Translations under genes and position numbers: made by a program
Shown: positions 41,679 to 53,138 of the stretch, piece after piece
How the letters are laid out: each line of letters opens with the position of its first letter
Position numbering within the stretch: the first letter of the stretch is position 1
NCBI RefSeq assembly: GCF_009914755.1
Contig: NC_060927.1
Length of the DNA stretch: 64,000 nucleotides
Direction: 5' to 3' (one strand)
DNA from: the human T2T-CHM13v2.0 reference genome, Homo sapiens
The notes under the pieces: generated by a model
The model's input: the letters and a program-made list of their open reading frames with translations, nothing else
Told to the model about the DNA's origin: nothing
Databases searched by the model: none

Positions 41679-42319
41679 AATAAAGCACCCTCAAAGGAAA
41701 GAGGGGATAGAATCAGAGTTAGGGAATATTGAGATTTTACATAGAAATGTAAATACCTTGTTAAAGCTGCCATGTTGCTGTTAGAATACAATTGCCTCAA
41801 CCAAAGGCAACTGAAAGTGTTTGAATTTGGAATACAGAGTATTTATTCTTCTGATAGAATTGCTCTGGGATGTTTAAAGTAAGAGCAGCTCTCTACCTTC
41901 GAAGTTTATTAATGTTACTAGGCTGTCAATCAAGCTGTTTTCATTTCTTTTGTCCCAGATGAAAATGTTCTGCTTTCTCTGCACTTAAGACATATCATTT
42001 CTCCTCACTAGTACTGCAGAGAAAACTGTCCTTGTAATGCCATATCAAGTTTTTCATACTTTTGTTTTCTTTCATGTAAACATGGTTGACACTTTTAAGT
42101 TAGTTTGATCTATATTTTATAAGGCATCAAGTCAGAGACAAAGATATTTTTAACGTTAAGCCATTTCAAATTTACTCATTTTGCTGCCATTGGTTCATGC
42201 ACTCATTCAATCAACAACCAGTTCTGGAACATTTATTATGTCATTTGTTAAAGGTAGGATGGGGGTGTTAAAAAATTAATAAGCCATAATTTCTGCCTTT
42301 AGGAAGTTTAAAGAATAAT

Positions 42320-42860
42320 TGTGTTGCAGAGACCATTGGCTATTTGGGGTCTGTGCAGCATCTTTCCCGCCTTTTTGGTGATAGTGCCCTCACCTCTTTG
42401 AAGAGAACTATCCTCTCCCCTACTCAAAACATATGGTCCCCAGCACAATTCCAGTGCTGAGGCACATGACTCAGGCTGGTCTGTCAGCTCACTGAATCCT
42501 CTAAGACACAGTGATTTGTTCAAAAACCACACAATCAAGTTTTTTCTAACAAAATGAATTCCAGGGTTTATTTGGGACTTTCAGGAAGTGGTGCTTTTTT
42601 CTTCTGCAGTTAAACTTGAACCAAGAACAATTTATGCTGGAGATGCTGCAGTCATCCTGCTTCCAGGAGAGGAGAGACTGTCTGAGAGTGTAGCCAGTAC
42701 AGAAAATGTGGAGCTGAAGGATGAAGAGACGGAAATAGAATCTCAATGACATCGTACTGTGGCCAGACATTCACCTCTCTCTTGACATTTCCCAATAATT
42801 TCCCTTTAAAGACTAGGCCAGATAGCACTAGATCTTCTGACAAAGAGAAAAAGGCCTATC
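42320..42860 (+). mobile_element. MLT1K/L-type LTR, preceded by an L2 tail at about 42190-42310
   Basis: GGCACATGACTCAGGCTGG...ACACAGTGATTTGTTCA...CCAATAATTTCCCTTTA. Confidence 0.55.
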
Positions 42861-43731
42861 CAATTCAAGCTGAAATAAGATATTTTTTACTGATGAGGAA
42901 TTTCAAGTGTCCATCAATTTCATGATACATGTAATGTAGCCACTGAGAGATTAAATGTGTCCTTAGGTTGTAATGACAGAAATATAGAGTACAGGACCAC
43001 AGAGATATTATTCTTGATCTTGACCTTGATCTTGACTGGTCAGGCTTCATCTAGAATATTTACCAATTCTGGGTACATCACCAGATAGAGATATTCAGAG
43101 GAGAGGGAGCAGAATGAAGTAGCTTGTGAAAACCATGTCATAAGACAAATTGAAATACTTAAGGTATATATCTGGGAAAACAAAACCCAGAAGTTAAAAT
43201 TCTATAGTTATTTGCACAATTTTTAAATTATCTTAAGTTTGGGCCATTTTAAGGATCACAAAATCAATATTGCCTTCCTTTAAGATGTATTTCAAGTCAG
43301 CTCTTGGCTTTTTACTTTGGCTAAGGGACTTAGTAGCTGACAACTTGCTTTGCTGGCCTATGGAAAGTAAGCCTAAAACTAGAATTTATCAATGCTACTT
43401 GTAAGTTAATTCCATTACAGGTAATAGTGGAGTATTGGGTGTCATCCATTCATCCAGTGGTGCCTGGTCTCATTAATCACCAGAGGTAATAGTGCAGAAG
43501 GAGTTCTCAAGTCAGCACAGTCAGATTCCTTAGCAAACTGATACTTGAAGGAGTAGACACTGTAATGTAATACAGCTGCCTGATCAATGCAATCACAGCT
43601 GGGCTCACAGCTCTTCAATCTTTTATAACTAAACAGCATATCAAGCATTAGGGGATTTATTTAACAAACATTTTGGAATGTCTAATGATCTTAGGACATG
43701 GCGAAGGTAAACTCAAGAATCGGGTATATAA

Positions 43732-43779
43732 CTGCACTCCAGCCTGGGCGACAGAGCAAGACTCTCTCTAAAAAAAAAA
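43732..43779 (+). mobile_element. Extremely 5'-truncated Alu (last ~38 nt plus poly(A)) inside an L2 tail
   Basis: CTGCACTCCAGCCTGGGCGACAGAGCAAGACTCTCTCT-A15; TSD AA(G/A)AATCGGGT(A/G)TATAA at 43715-43731 and 43780-43796. Confidence 0.9.
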
Positions 43780-44099
43780 AAAAATCGGGTGTATAATTCA
43801 GCAGGATACAATTTATGCCTTTAAAGAACTTAACAATTAGTGTAAGTGACATTGCATACATAAGAGAAGACAAAGGGAGACCACAGAAGGCATCTAGGCA
43901 ACATTCATGTCTCAATCCCTCTTTCATGCTCTAGACAGACATTGCTAATGAACATGACAATCTTTCCCGTTGAGCCTAGATACAGCCTCAGAATCCTTCT
44001 CAAAACAATTCTCCAGTCAGCTTTTACTAACCAACCAGATTTTGTTCCTGAGATGAAATCTTCTTGCTACACCTGAGTTGGAATTATAGGAAGGCAAGA

Positions 44100-45260
44100 C
44101 TGAATCCCACTGTAGAGATTAGGAAAGTCAGTTGAACTGGCACTTGAAGAGTAACTAGAATGTCTTCACATAAGGATTTGAGTAACTTTCTCTGCATATG
44201 TAAGAAGTGACATGAGCCATGTCTGAGGTGTCAAAGAAAGAGTAGTGTGGTCTGGCTGAAGACTATAGGAGTGGAGGTAAGGTTGGAGACAGATGGCCAA
44301 AGGCTTGGATGCTACACTAGTATTTGGAAGTTACTTGGAGTGCAAATAGAACCATTCACAGTATTATAATATAGAAGTGATTTTATAAATGTCATTAGCT
44401 GGACTCTCTAGAAGGAACAGGAAGAGTTAAAAATAAATTAAAATAAGAGATAGAAGTTATATAGTCAAAACATAGCAAGAAGAGGGTACGAAGGTCTAAC
44501 AGTGAAAGTAAATGATGGGTGAGTCACCCTGGAGAAGAGACAGCATTGACAATGGACCAGCCCTGGAAGTGGGAGGATGGCAAATGAGCACAGCTGAACA
44601 TGACTCTGGGGTGTTGAGTGTGAGTGGAGAGAGAATGTGGTATGTTTAACTGTATTAGACCATTCTCATGCTGCTACAAGGACATACCTGAGGCCGGGTA
44701 ATTTATAAAGGAAAGAGGTTTAATTGACTCAGAGTTCTGCATAGCTGGGGAGGCCTCAGGAAACTTACAATCATGGTGGAAGAGGAAGCAACTATGTCCT
44801 TCTTCACAGGGCAGCAGGAGAGAGAAGATGAGAGTGAATGACAAGGAAAGCCCCTTATAAAACCATCAGATTTCATGAGAACTCACTCACTATCACAAGA
44901 ACAGCATGAGGGTAACAGCCCCCATGATTCAATTACCTCCCACGGGGTCCCTCTCATAACACATGGGGACTTTGGGAACTATAATTCAAGATGAGATTTG
45001 GGTGGGAACACAGCCAAACCATATCCTTAACTAAAACAGATAAGTCTGGTTCTGTTTGGAACACACTGAGCATGAGGTGTGGGTGGAATACCCTGTCAAT
45101 GTGTCTAGATAGAAGTTGAAAATATGGGCCTAATATTTGGGGGAAAATAGAAAGAGGAGACATGGAGGTGAGAGCTCCAGCCACAAAAAAGTAGGATCTC
45201 AGTATGGATGAGAGGGATGATGGCCAAGGGACAACTTGGAAGTAGCCTGAAGGAAGAGAG
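44100..45260 (-). mobile_element. L2 split by THE1
   Basis: Purine-rich antisense L2 text on both sides of the LTR (TCTGTTTGGAACACACTGAG...GAATACCCTG). Confidence 0.55.
44651..45026 (-). mobile_element. THE1 (THE1C/D) solo LTR
   Basis: TGTATTAGACCATTCTCATGCTGC...CAGCCAAACCATATCC; perfect TSD TTAAC at 44646-44650 and 45027-45031. Confidence 0.93.
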
Positions 45261-45839
45261 GCACGCAAAGAAAGCAGAAAGGAGGGGCATTTTTTTTTCC
45301 TAAGCTAATTCCTACACAGGGCTATAGAAAATTTTGAATCAAATAGGATTTTTTTTTTTTCCGAAGCAAACTCTTAACAACAACTTCGGTCCTGACTGTT
45401 GGTGTGGTCATCTAGAGGCCACCATCAGAATCACTCATTTCCTAAAGACAGGGACCTCAGGGTGGAAAGAACTTCCTGGGACAAAGCTGTGAAGAGGCTG
45501 TTAGAGCAATAAACTCAGCTCCCAACCAAACTGGTTTTGCAGGGCTGAGTGGAGAGAAGCATTCACTCATGCACCCCAAATATATCTATGGCACCCCTTC
45601 TGAGTCAGGTTTTGACTTGATGCTGGCAATACAGAAGTGAATGAAACTCAAACCCTTCAAAGCCTTAAGGAGGCTGAAATTTAGCAGAGTTGATGCACAT
45701 GAAAATGTTAACAAAACCAAGATAGACAAAACAATTTGTCTGTTGAAGGAGAAGGGTAATAAGAAAAGACTAACCAGGTCTAAGAGATTTTTCTTTAACT
45801 TTCAAGGGCCCTGTACTTGGCCTAGGATCACTACAATCT

Positions 45840-45881
45840 AGATGGATGGATGGAGGATGGAGGGATGGATGGATGGATGGA
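45840..45881. repeat. Imperfect (GGAT)n microsatellite
   Basis: Seen directly. Confidence 0.85.
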
Positions 45882-46349
45882 GCATACATTTGTTGATGAC
45901 AGTGATGTAGAATAATTGTTAACATATTGGAGTTACTATCTTTCCCCTGCTAGCTAAAATAGATACTGGTTTAGTCCCTTTCCTTTCTGTATCCTGCAAA
46001 AAGATGCTTCAACTGCCACAAGTCTTCTTCCCAATCTTTGAGGGATTGGAAGAAAGATTAAAAGACAAAAATTTAAAAAAAAATCCCCCACATGCATGCT
46101 AATTCCTGTGAAGAAAAAAATTGAGAGTTAATGAACTATACCACTCCTACCCCTAACCTCTGCTCTATGTGGGTGGTGTGTGGTAGGAGTAGGATATCTA
46201 GAATGAGGAAAAGAGCTCTTTCTAGGTATGAGTTAGCAGTCCCAGAATGTTACTGGACTCACAGGCTAGGAAATGACAGGACTAGCATGTGCTCCCAAGT
46301 TGTATACAAGGTCCAGGTTGAAATCAGAATCATAGTTTGGATTATGTCT

Positions 46350-46650
46350 CCGTGATTATGTGATGAAAACACTAGCTTTCCTTGGACTCAGGGTTCAGAC
46401 CCTGTGACTAGTTCTCGTCAATGAACTGTAAATGGACATGGTACATGTCCCTTCTAGGCTGATGCAAATAAGAGCTGGTGAGCTTTCTCCAGCTCTCTCT
46501 TCCCACCCTGGTGATCTAGAAATGATCTAGAAATACTAGATGTCATAATCAAGACGGAAGAGGCTGCCAGAGTGAGAAATCTATCTTTGATGTGTTATAC
46601 CAAGGTAATACCAGGGTTTATTTGTTCTTGCAGCATAGCCTAGTATTATT
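46350..46650 (+). mobile_element. MLT1I/J-type LTR fragment
   Basis: GTGACTAGTTCTCGTCAATGAA...TTTGTTCTTGCAGCATAGCCTAG. Confidence 0.55.
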
Positions 46651-47879
46651 ATTACCAACACTTAACACCACTCTGACCATAAATTACTTGGGTCACAAGT
46701 TCATTACAGTTATTACAGTAATGCTAAATATTTTAAGAAGGTTTCATACTCATTTTTATACTGCTTCACCTCCCAATTTTTCACCAATCCTTCACCTCCC
46801 AATCCTTCATCAATTCTTGCCTCTAAAATATATCAGCACTTATACCCTGTTTTATCATCAGGTGCACATATATATATTTAATATCATACTTTTAATAAAA
46901 ATGCAAGCCAGAAATTCAAAGAAAAAGATATTAACATTCATATCTATCCAAATCAATCATTGTTTGTTTTTCTTACAGACACTGTATTGGATGATGATAT
47001 GTTTTAAACATGGTTTTTGTACAAACGAAAGACTTAGAAAGGCAATAATAGGAGACACAATTGATATTACATCTATGAGTGAATAGGAAACTGGCAATCT
47101 TGTTTTCAAGACAGTCCGTTTAATTTCAAAGAACATTTATAGAGGTGACTTGGAAGATAGATCATTTTTATTTCCATAGCTTTAGGGGTAAATTTTAACT
47201 ACTCTGTCATTTTTTTTCTATTAAAAAAGATACAGAAAAAATCAAAATAAACTTAATTTTTACAAGCCACTAGCATAAATATTAAGAACAGCCATGAACA
47301 CAAAGAAAGAAAAAAAAGAAGTAAAGAAAAAGAAAAAGCTTTTGGCTATTATGTTCTTACAATTTATCAATAGTGTCCCATAAAGTTTTTATGTGACTAT
47401 CTCAAGATGTGATGGAAAAAAAAGTCATAAGTTTAAAATAAAACTCTCCCTGTAGTTCCCTCCTAATCAGTCTACATGTGAAGCTATGGCAAATATTACC
47501 TCTAGATTATGAAGGAAAATAGAAGGTAGACTCAAAGGAAAATGACAAAAAACAGAGCAAAAAATATTTTAAACAACACCATCACCCAGTAAACCATTAT
47601 CCAGGTCTGTAGAAAGATGACAAAGTCTCTATCCATCTAATGTCAAGTATTGTAAAAGTCACAATTCTTTTTCTCTTTTTTCAGATTTTTAAATTTTAAA
47701 AATTATTTTTGGAAAATAAGTTTTTTTTCATATGGAGGTAAAGCGAAGCTCTAGTTGATGCAGGGCATGTTATGTAGGTGTTAGCAGTACTGCCTGCATT
47801 ACATGCTCACTGGACACCAGTGCACCTCCAAGAAAAGAATAGTTGCAATTATTTTTCTATTTCCTCCTGGACCAATCGT

Positions 47880-48230
47880 CCCTTCATCCATCCATTCATT
47901 CATCTACCATCATGTATCCATTCCTCCATCCAACTCTGCATCCATGCATTCATTCAATTAATTCTCTAAATGTTCAATTATTCTATGAAATGCAAAGTGC
48001 CACCCTCAAAGAATGGTAAACTATGATGTAAATAATTTTAGAGCAAGGCTGAGGTTGCTCAGCCTTGTACAACATCATTACATCTATTACATAGATGTAA
48101 TGTCTCTCCTATGACATAGGAGAGATACCCAAAAAGTGCTGGGAACGGAGAAGAAGTGATCCATCTCACAGTAGATGTGGAAAGACTTCATGCAGTAGAA
48201 GTCTGAAGGTAGGTTGAAGACCCAGTAGCA
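47880..48230 (-). mobile_element. L2 tail ((CATT/CATC)n) plus L2 body
   Basis: TTCATCCATCCATTCATTCAT...; GTGGAAAGACTTCATG. Confidence 0.55.
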
Positions 48231-50184
48231 GCTAGTTCAGTGCCTTACAGATGAGGCTGAAGTGGAAAGCAGTATTATTAATAAGCAACTACCCATCTCA
48301 AAGCAGGTTTCTTAGCTGCCAAACAGACTGATAATAATTTCTTCAATCCACTCTTGAAAATCTCAGTCACTAAAAGCAGCAGCAAAAGTTTTACCATTTT
48401 CTTTAAAAACAAAAAATACAATGCAGATTGAGGTGGTGGATTCGTCATTTACTTTGTTTTGGTTTTAACTTTGTTAACCAGAAAGTTCCACAATGCCTCT
48501 CCGAGTGGGGCCTGCAATCAAAATGTCATCGGCTTGCCTCCTCCTGATTTTCCAATCTCTCAGGAAAATTGCTGTTTAAAAAAAATAGAGGAACATTTCA
48601 ACATTATTTCTATGCAGCTGCCCAAAAAGGTGACATTTGGTTAATGTCAGCATTCAGGTATCCTTCACATCAGACCCTGTGATTTTTTTTTTTAACTTGG
48701 GGGTTTTACTTTTCTAGTGACAGCTACAATTATCCCCCACCTACCCATCCCCACCAAAAAAAAAAAAAAAAAAAGCGCCAAATCCCTACCTTTGGGTATT
48801 GAAAAGGGAACTGAGATGTACCTCTGGAGACCATGCATGGGATTGCTGTTATGGAGAGCACTGAGTTACTGTTGAAGCAGCCAGCTTTGTTTTCTATTTT
48901 CCATTTCTCTTTTCTTACTCCCTGGAGACGCAGAGCTGGAAATTCTCTTTGCTAGAGTGGCAGGCTCCTCTCCTGTTTTCCCATTAGCTGCACCGCTATT
49001 TAATCAAGTGAGCTAATCAACTGCGGAGTTCTTAATGGATGTCAGTAACATTTCCTGTGTTATGATTGATGAATCTAACTTTGGACTTAACGCCTATGTT
49101 CAAAATTAGATGACAATAGAATAGAGATTAATACCTTTTTTTTTTTAAGCTGCGTTATGGCAGCGAGTAAAACTAGTTCTCTCACTAAAATAACCCCACA
49201 TGGGTGGTACTAGAGATTATTTTAGGCAGAACCTGAACTATTTTAATTGTAATAACTACATACATTTTAACATGCATTAATGTGAATCTTCTATTTATGA
49301 TGACTGATAGTATTTTTTCATTAGTGGTCATGATAAAAATTTCTTTTTTTATAAAAGTGAAAAAAATGAGTTCTCTCCGGTATGTGTGTGTTGAATAAAT
49401 AATCCTCTATCCATTCCTTCTTCTGCCAAAAATCAAAACCATTTATTGAGTCATCTTTCTCCTATCTCTTCTACCTCTCCAATCCATTCCCTCCCTTAAA
49501 ATAAAAGTTAACAAAATGCAGATTACCCATAGACAGGCCCTTAGGAATTGCCCTCTTGCCCTCCAGGAATGCTGAGTAAAATGAGTGTGGCGGTTGCCCA
49601 TATTGCAGCTTCTCTCTGAGTATGGGTTTAAATCTGACTATTCAATCTAGAGCCCAGCAAGCACAGGCTTCCTTTACAGTGTCTTCTTTGTTCCCTCTTA
49701 TTTTTCTTCCTTTTTTGATTAACCAACAATGCTTCTTTGTAATAATTTCAAAAGAACATCTTGATAGATTGCAACCATTAAAGGAGTTTCTCCACAGAGA
49801 AATGTACTTGAAATGTTCATCAGGTTGAGGGGAGAGGGGGGCCAGTGGGGGAGTCCTTAACAGTTATAATAGGGAAAACTAATAAGACTAAAAACACTCA
49901 TTTCAATTCAATAGGGAAAGAGGTTTTTTTAATTATTAAGTTATTAAGACAACAAAATCATATTATTGCACTATAAAATTGAGCAAAATACTGAAGGATC
50001 TTCTGCGTAATAATAAAAAACCATATTATCTTGACTCTTTTTTAAAAAAATCTTCCTTCAGTCCCTAGAAACAGTAATCTCTTGATAATACAGAAACTCC
50101 AACACTTACCCATTTCTATAAATCCTTTCTCATGTGCATTACCTAAATTTCCTATCACTGTGTGCTATAACCTATTTAGAAGTC

Positions 50185-50225
50185 GGTCTCAATTTGTTGT
50201 GGTCTCAATTTGTTGTAGTCTCAAT
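50185..50225. repeat. 16-bp tandem repeat GGTCTCAATTTGTTGT x2.5
   Basis: Seen directly. Confidence 0.9.
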
Positions 50226-52559
50226 ATGAACTGTTTTTATCTTTTTTAAGAATTATCACCAATTGTCCCTTGTAGAATTCCTGTGGCTCCCTGGGTGGAC
50301 AAGTTCTTAATGACATCTCAGTCTGATTGTGTAATTTGCTGGTCACTTTCAGCTATTAAAACCATCTCAGGTTGGTCCTTCAGGCTCAGCTGTGTTGCTG
50401 TCAAAGCGTCAATTGCGTATTAAATTCCAGGCTGCCTTCTTTTCCTACCCTCCTGAATACAGGCTAAAATGACGACCCCAGACGCTGGAGACAGAGAGGT
50501 GGGCAGCACCTGCAGTTTCCTGGCGAAACGAGGTGACATGAAGAAGAAAGAGAGAAAAGTGGACATCTCCTTTTGTGATCCCATCCCCCACGCCATGGCT
50601 GGGCTGAGCCTTCTCCTTGGCTAATTATAACCACCTATCTATTTCTTTTTCTCTGGGATGGAGGAATTTGAGCCAGGACTCTGGCAGGTGCTTCTGATAG
50701 GGCTTCACTCCACTCCTTGCCCAACAAGTAAAGCCTCAACTCCAGAATATGAAATTTAAGCCTCTTTACAATCTGATTCAAAACTCCCTTTCACCTCAAC
50801 TCCTTCCCCACTCTACTCCACTCCAGGGACCCTATATTCCAAGTCTATGGCACCTTCCTTGGTTTGCCAAACGTGTTGTGCTGTGTCCTGCTTCCAGACT
50901 GGTCCATTTGCTTTCTTATCCCCCCAGTTAGATCACCTTCTGCTCTTCTCAGCTCTCTAAATTCTTATTTATCCACCCAGAGATCCTTGAGGTGCCTTGG
51001 TCATCTAGGCAGGTTGGGGGCTGGGGATACTCCTAGTTCATCAAGTTCTCTGGAATTCTGAAGCAGAGAAGTCTGGCTACAAGATTTAAATCCAGGTGAA
51101 AACTGAAATTATCCAAACCTTTCTATAAGTCCTCTGCACATCTAGGTATATTTTCCCCTCTGCTTTCAATACTTTCTACAATGTTGCCATAATTCTTCTA
51201 TAACTAAAAGACAATTTAAAAATAACAATAAGCCATATAAAAAGCCATCAGGAAAACATTTACAATTTCTTCCACAAGCCCTGTTATTAATTCTCACATA
51301 AATGATGCTGCTTTCTTAAAACAAATGAATTATAAAAACAATGCAGCAAAATAAAACTGTTTTACTGAATGCTACTTTCTTGAGAAAATACACAAATTCT
51401 ACATACACACTACATACATGCATGCACAAACTGCATATACACTGCAGACATACGCACAAAATGGAATTCCATCAAGAGAGCTTTAATATATGGTCTTCTA
51501 AGTGAATAATGCAATGTGATGCTTCACACCAAAAACAACAAAATGCATTAATTAGATTATGTAAAAATACCATATTTTGTACCAGAGAATAAAGCAGTAG
51601 AAAATATTCTAAATTTACACATATAAAACAATGTGATTTTTACATGAGAGGGCATATTCATAATTGGCTATCTGAAATAGAATTTTCTATTGTGTTATTT
51701 ATCTCCCCTCTTCTCTTCAGAATAAACAGAATGTATAGGAATTGGCCAAAGTTCAGAAAGAATATTTGCTTTAACTGAGTAAGACATCTCTGTTTCCTTT
51801 CTGAAATAACCTTTGTTTGAGGTTTCAGTGTGCTATATTCAGGGGAAGAGATACAAATTGAAAATTGATTTGGGCTTTTGCCTTCTTTAGAAAGTTTCAC
51901 AAAATTTCCATAATGGTCTCCAGGGTGGTGGCTGGGCTGAAGTCCTGTGAGAGTCAGCACCCAGGCTGGGTAACTGACGGCCTTCACCTGATCGGACCTC
52001 TACTGGCCTGGGACACCAGACCTGAGTAGCAGATCCGGGCATGCAGCACCAGACAAATCTCTGTTCTCCGGCTCTTAGGTTTTCCCTGCTGTGCTATGGG
52101 GAGAATCTAGTACCACTTCTTCCATCAAGGCCAAAAGCATCATAGATTTTTAAATTTAATTCAAAATTCGATTTTATATTTGAGGCAGAGACTTTAGGGA
52201 AACATAATGGCTGGGTGGATCTATATGAAGCAGGATAATGATGTAAAATAAACACTAGCTGTCATCAGCTTCCAGAAAATTACATTACAGACCTTTTTTC
52301 CCCCCACCATCCAAGGTATGGATGTGATCGTATGACCCTTCACAAGGACAAGGTCATAGAATATGTGTTCAAAATCTGCTTTAAGACTGTACATAGAATT
52401 GTTGACGCTCTCAACTCCAGAAAAATGTCATACGGTCTCTTGATATTATGATTTCTGTTCACAAATTGCTCATGCTGGCAAGTGGCTGTTATTTAAAACA
52501 AACAAACAAAAAGCAGACACGAGTCCTTCCTTCAGTGGGAATTTTGACAGTATGGAGCC

Positions 52560-52705
52560 CGTACAGTGTAGTTAGAACTGAGAGTCTGGGAGTCTCCAGT
52601 GCTGAGTAGAAGTCCCAGCTCTGACAATAACTAAACGCATTATTTAGGGGGAAATCAGCTTCTGTCAGCCTCAATGCTTCAACTGTAAAGTTGGATGAAA
52701 ATTGA
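52560..52705 (+). mobile_element. MIR
   Basis: AGTCCCAGCTCTGAC...GCCTCAATGCTTCAACTGTAAAGTTGG. Confidence 0.5.
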
Positions 52706-52937
52706 GGGTCTTCAAATCTTTTAAAACTAGTTGAGAAATGCTTTGCTCAAGTGAATCTTATGCAAAGTCCCATAATATAGATGGATATTTGATTGTGCTA
52801 CTCTGGTTGAAGGGAAGAGGTGTAGCAGAGGCCCAGCCATCATTGGAAAACCCTGGGATCTAAGGGCCAAGGTTTGCAATAGCCTGGGATACAGGAGATG
52901 AGTAGATGACTTCTCACAACCCTTCCCAACACTAAAT

Positions 52938-53138
52938 CAGGGATTCACAAGATACAGCCCATGAGCCAAATCCAGCTCACTGCCTGGTTTTGGTTTCATT
53001 GGAACACAGCAAGACCCACACCATTTATTTAAGTATTATCTATGCCAGTTTTCATGCTATACTACAGAAATGGGTAATTGTGACATGGCCTAAAATATTT
53101 GCTTTCTCTTCTTCCGTAGTAAAATTTGCCAACTGCTA
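52938..53138 (+). mobile_element. MER58A, uninterrupted with hAT TSD
   Basis: CAGGGATTCACAAG...GCCAAATCCAGCTCACTGCCTG...AAATTTGCCAACTGCTA; perfect 8-bp TSD CACTAAAT at 52930-52937 and 53139-53146. Confidence 0.88.

Noticed and set aside
46592-47086. 164-aa ORF
   Set aside because: Non-ATG start inside an MLT1 remnant, AT-rich composition and no recognisable domain.
48756-48774. Isolated A19 tract (also the A-run near 1577-1590 and the T-run near 8526-8543)
   Set aside because: No TSDs or upstream retro-sequence; treated as simple homopolymers.
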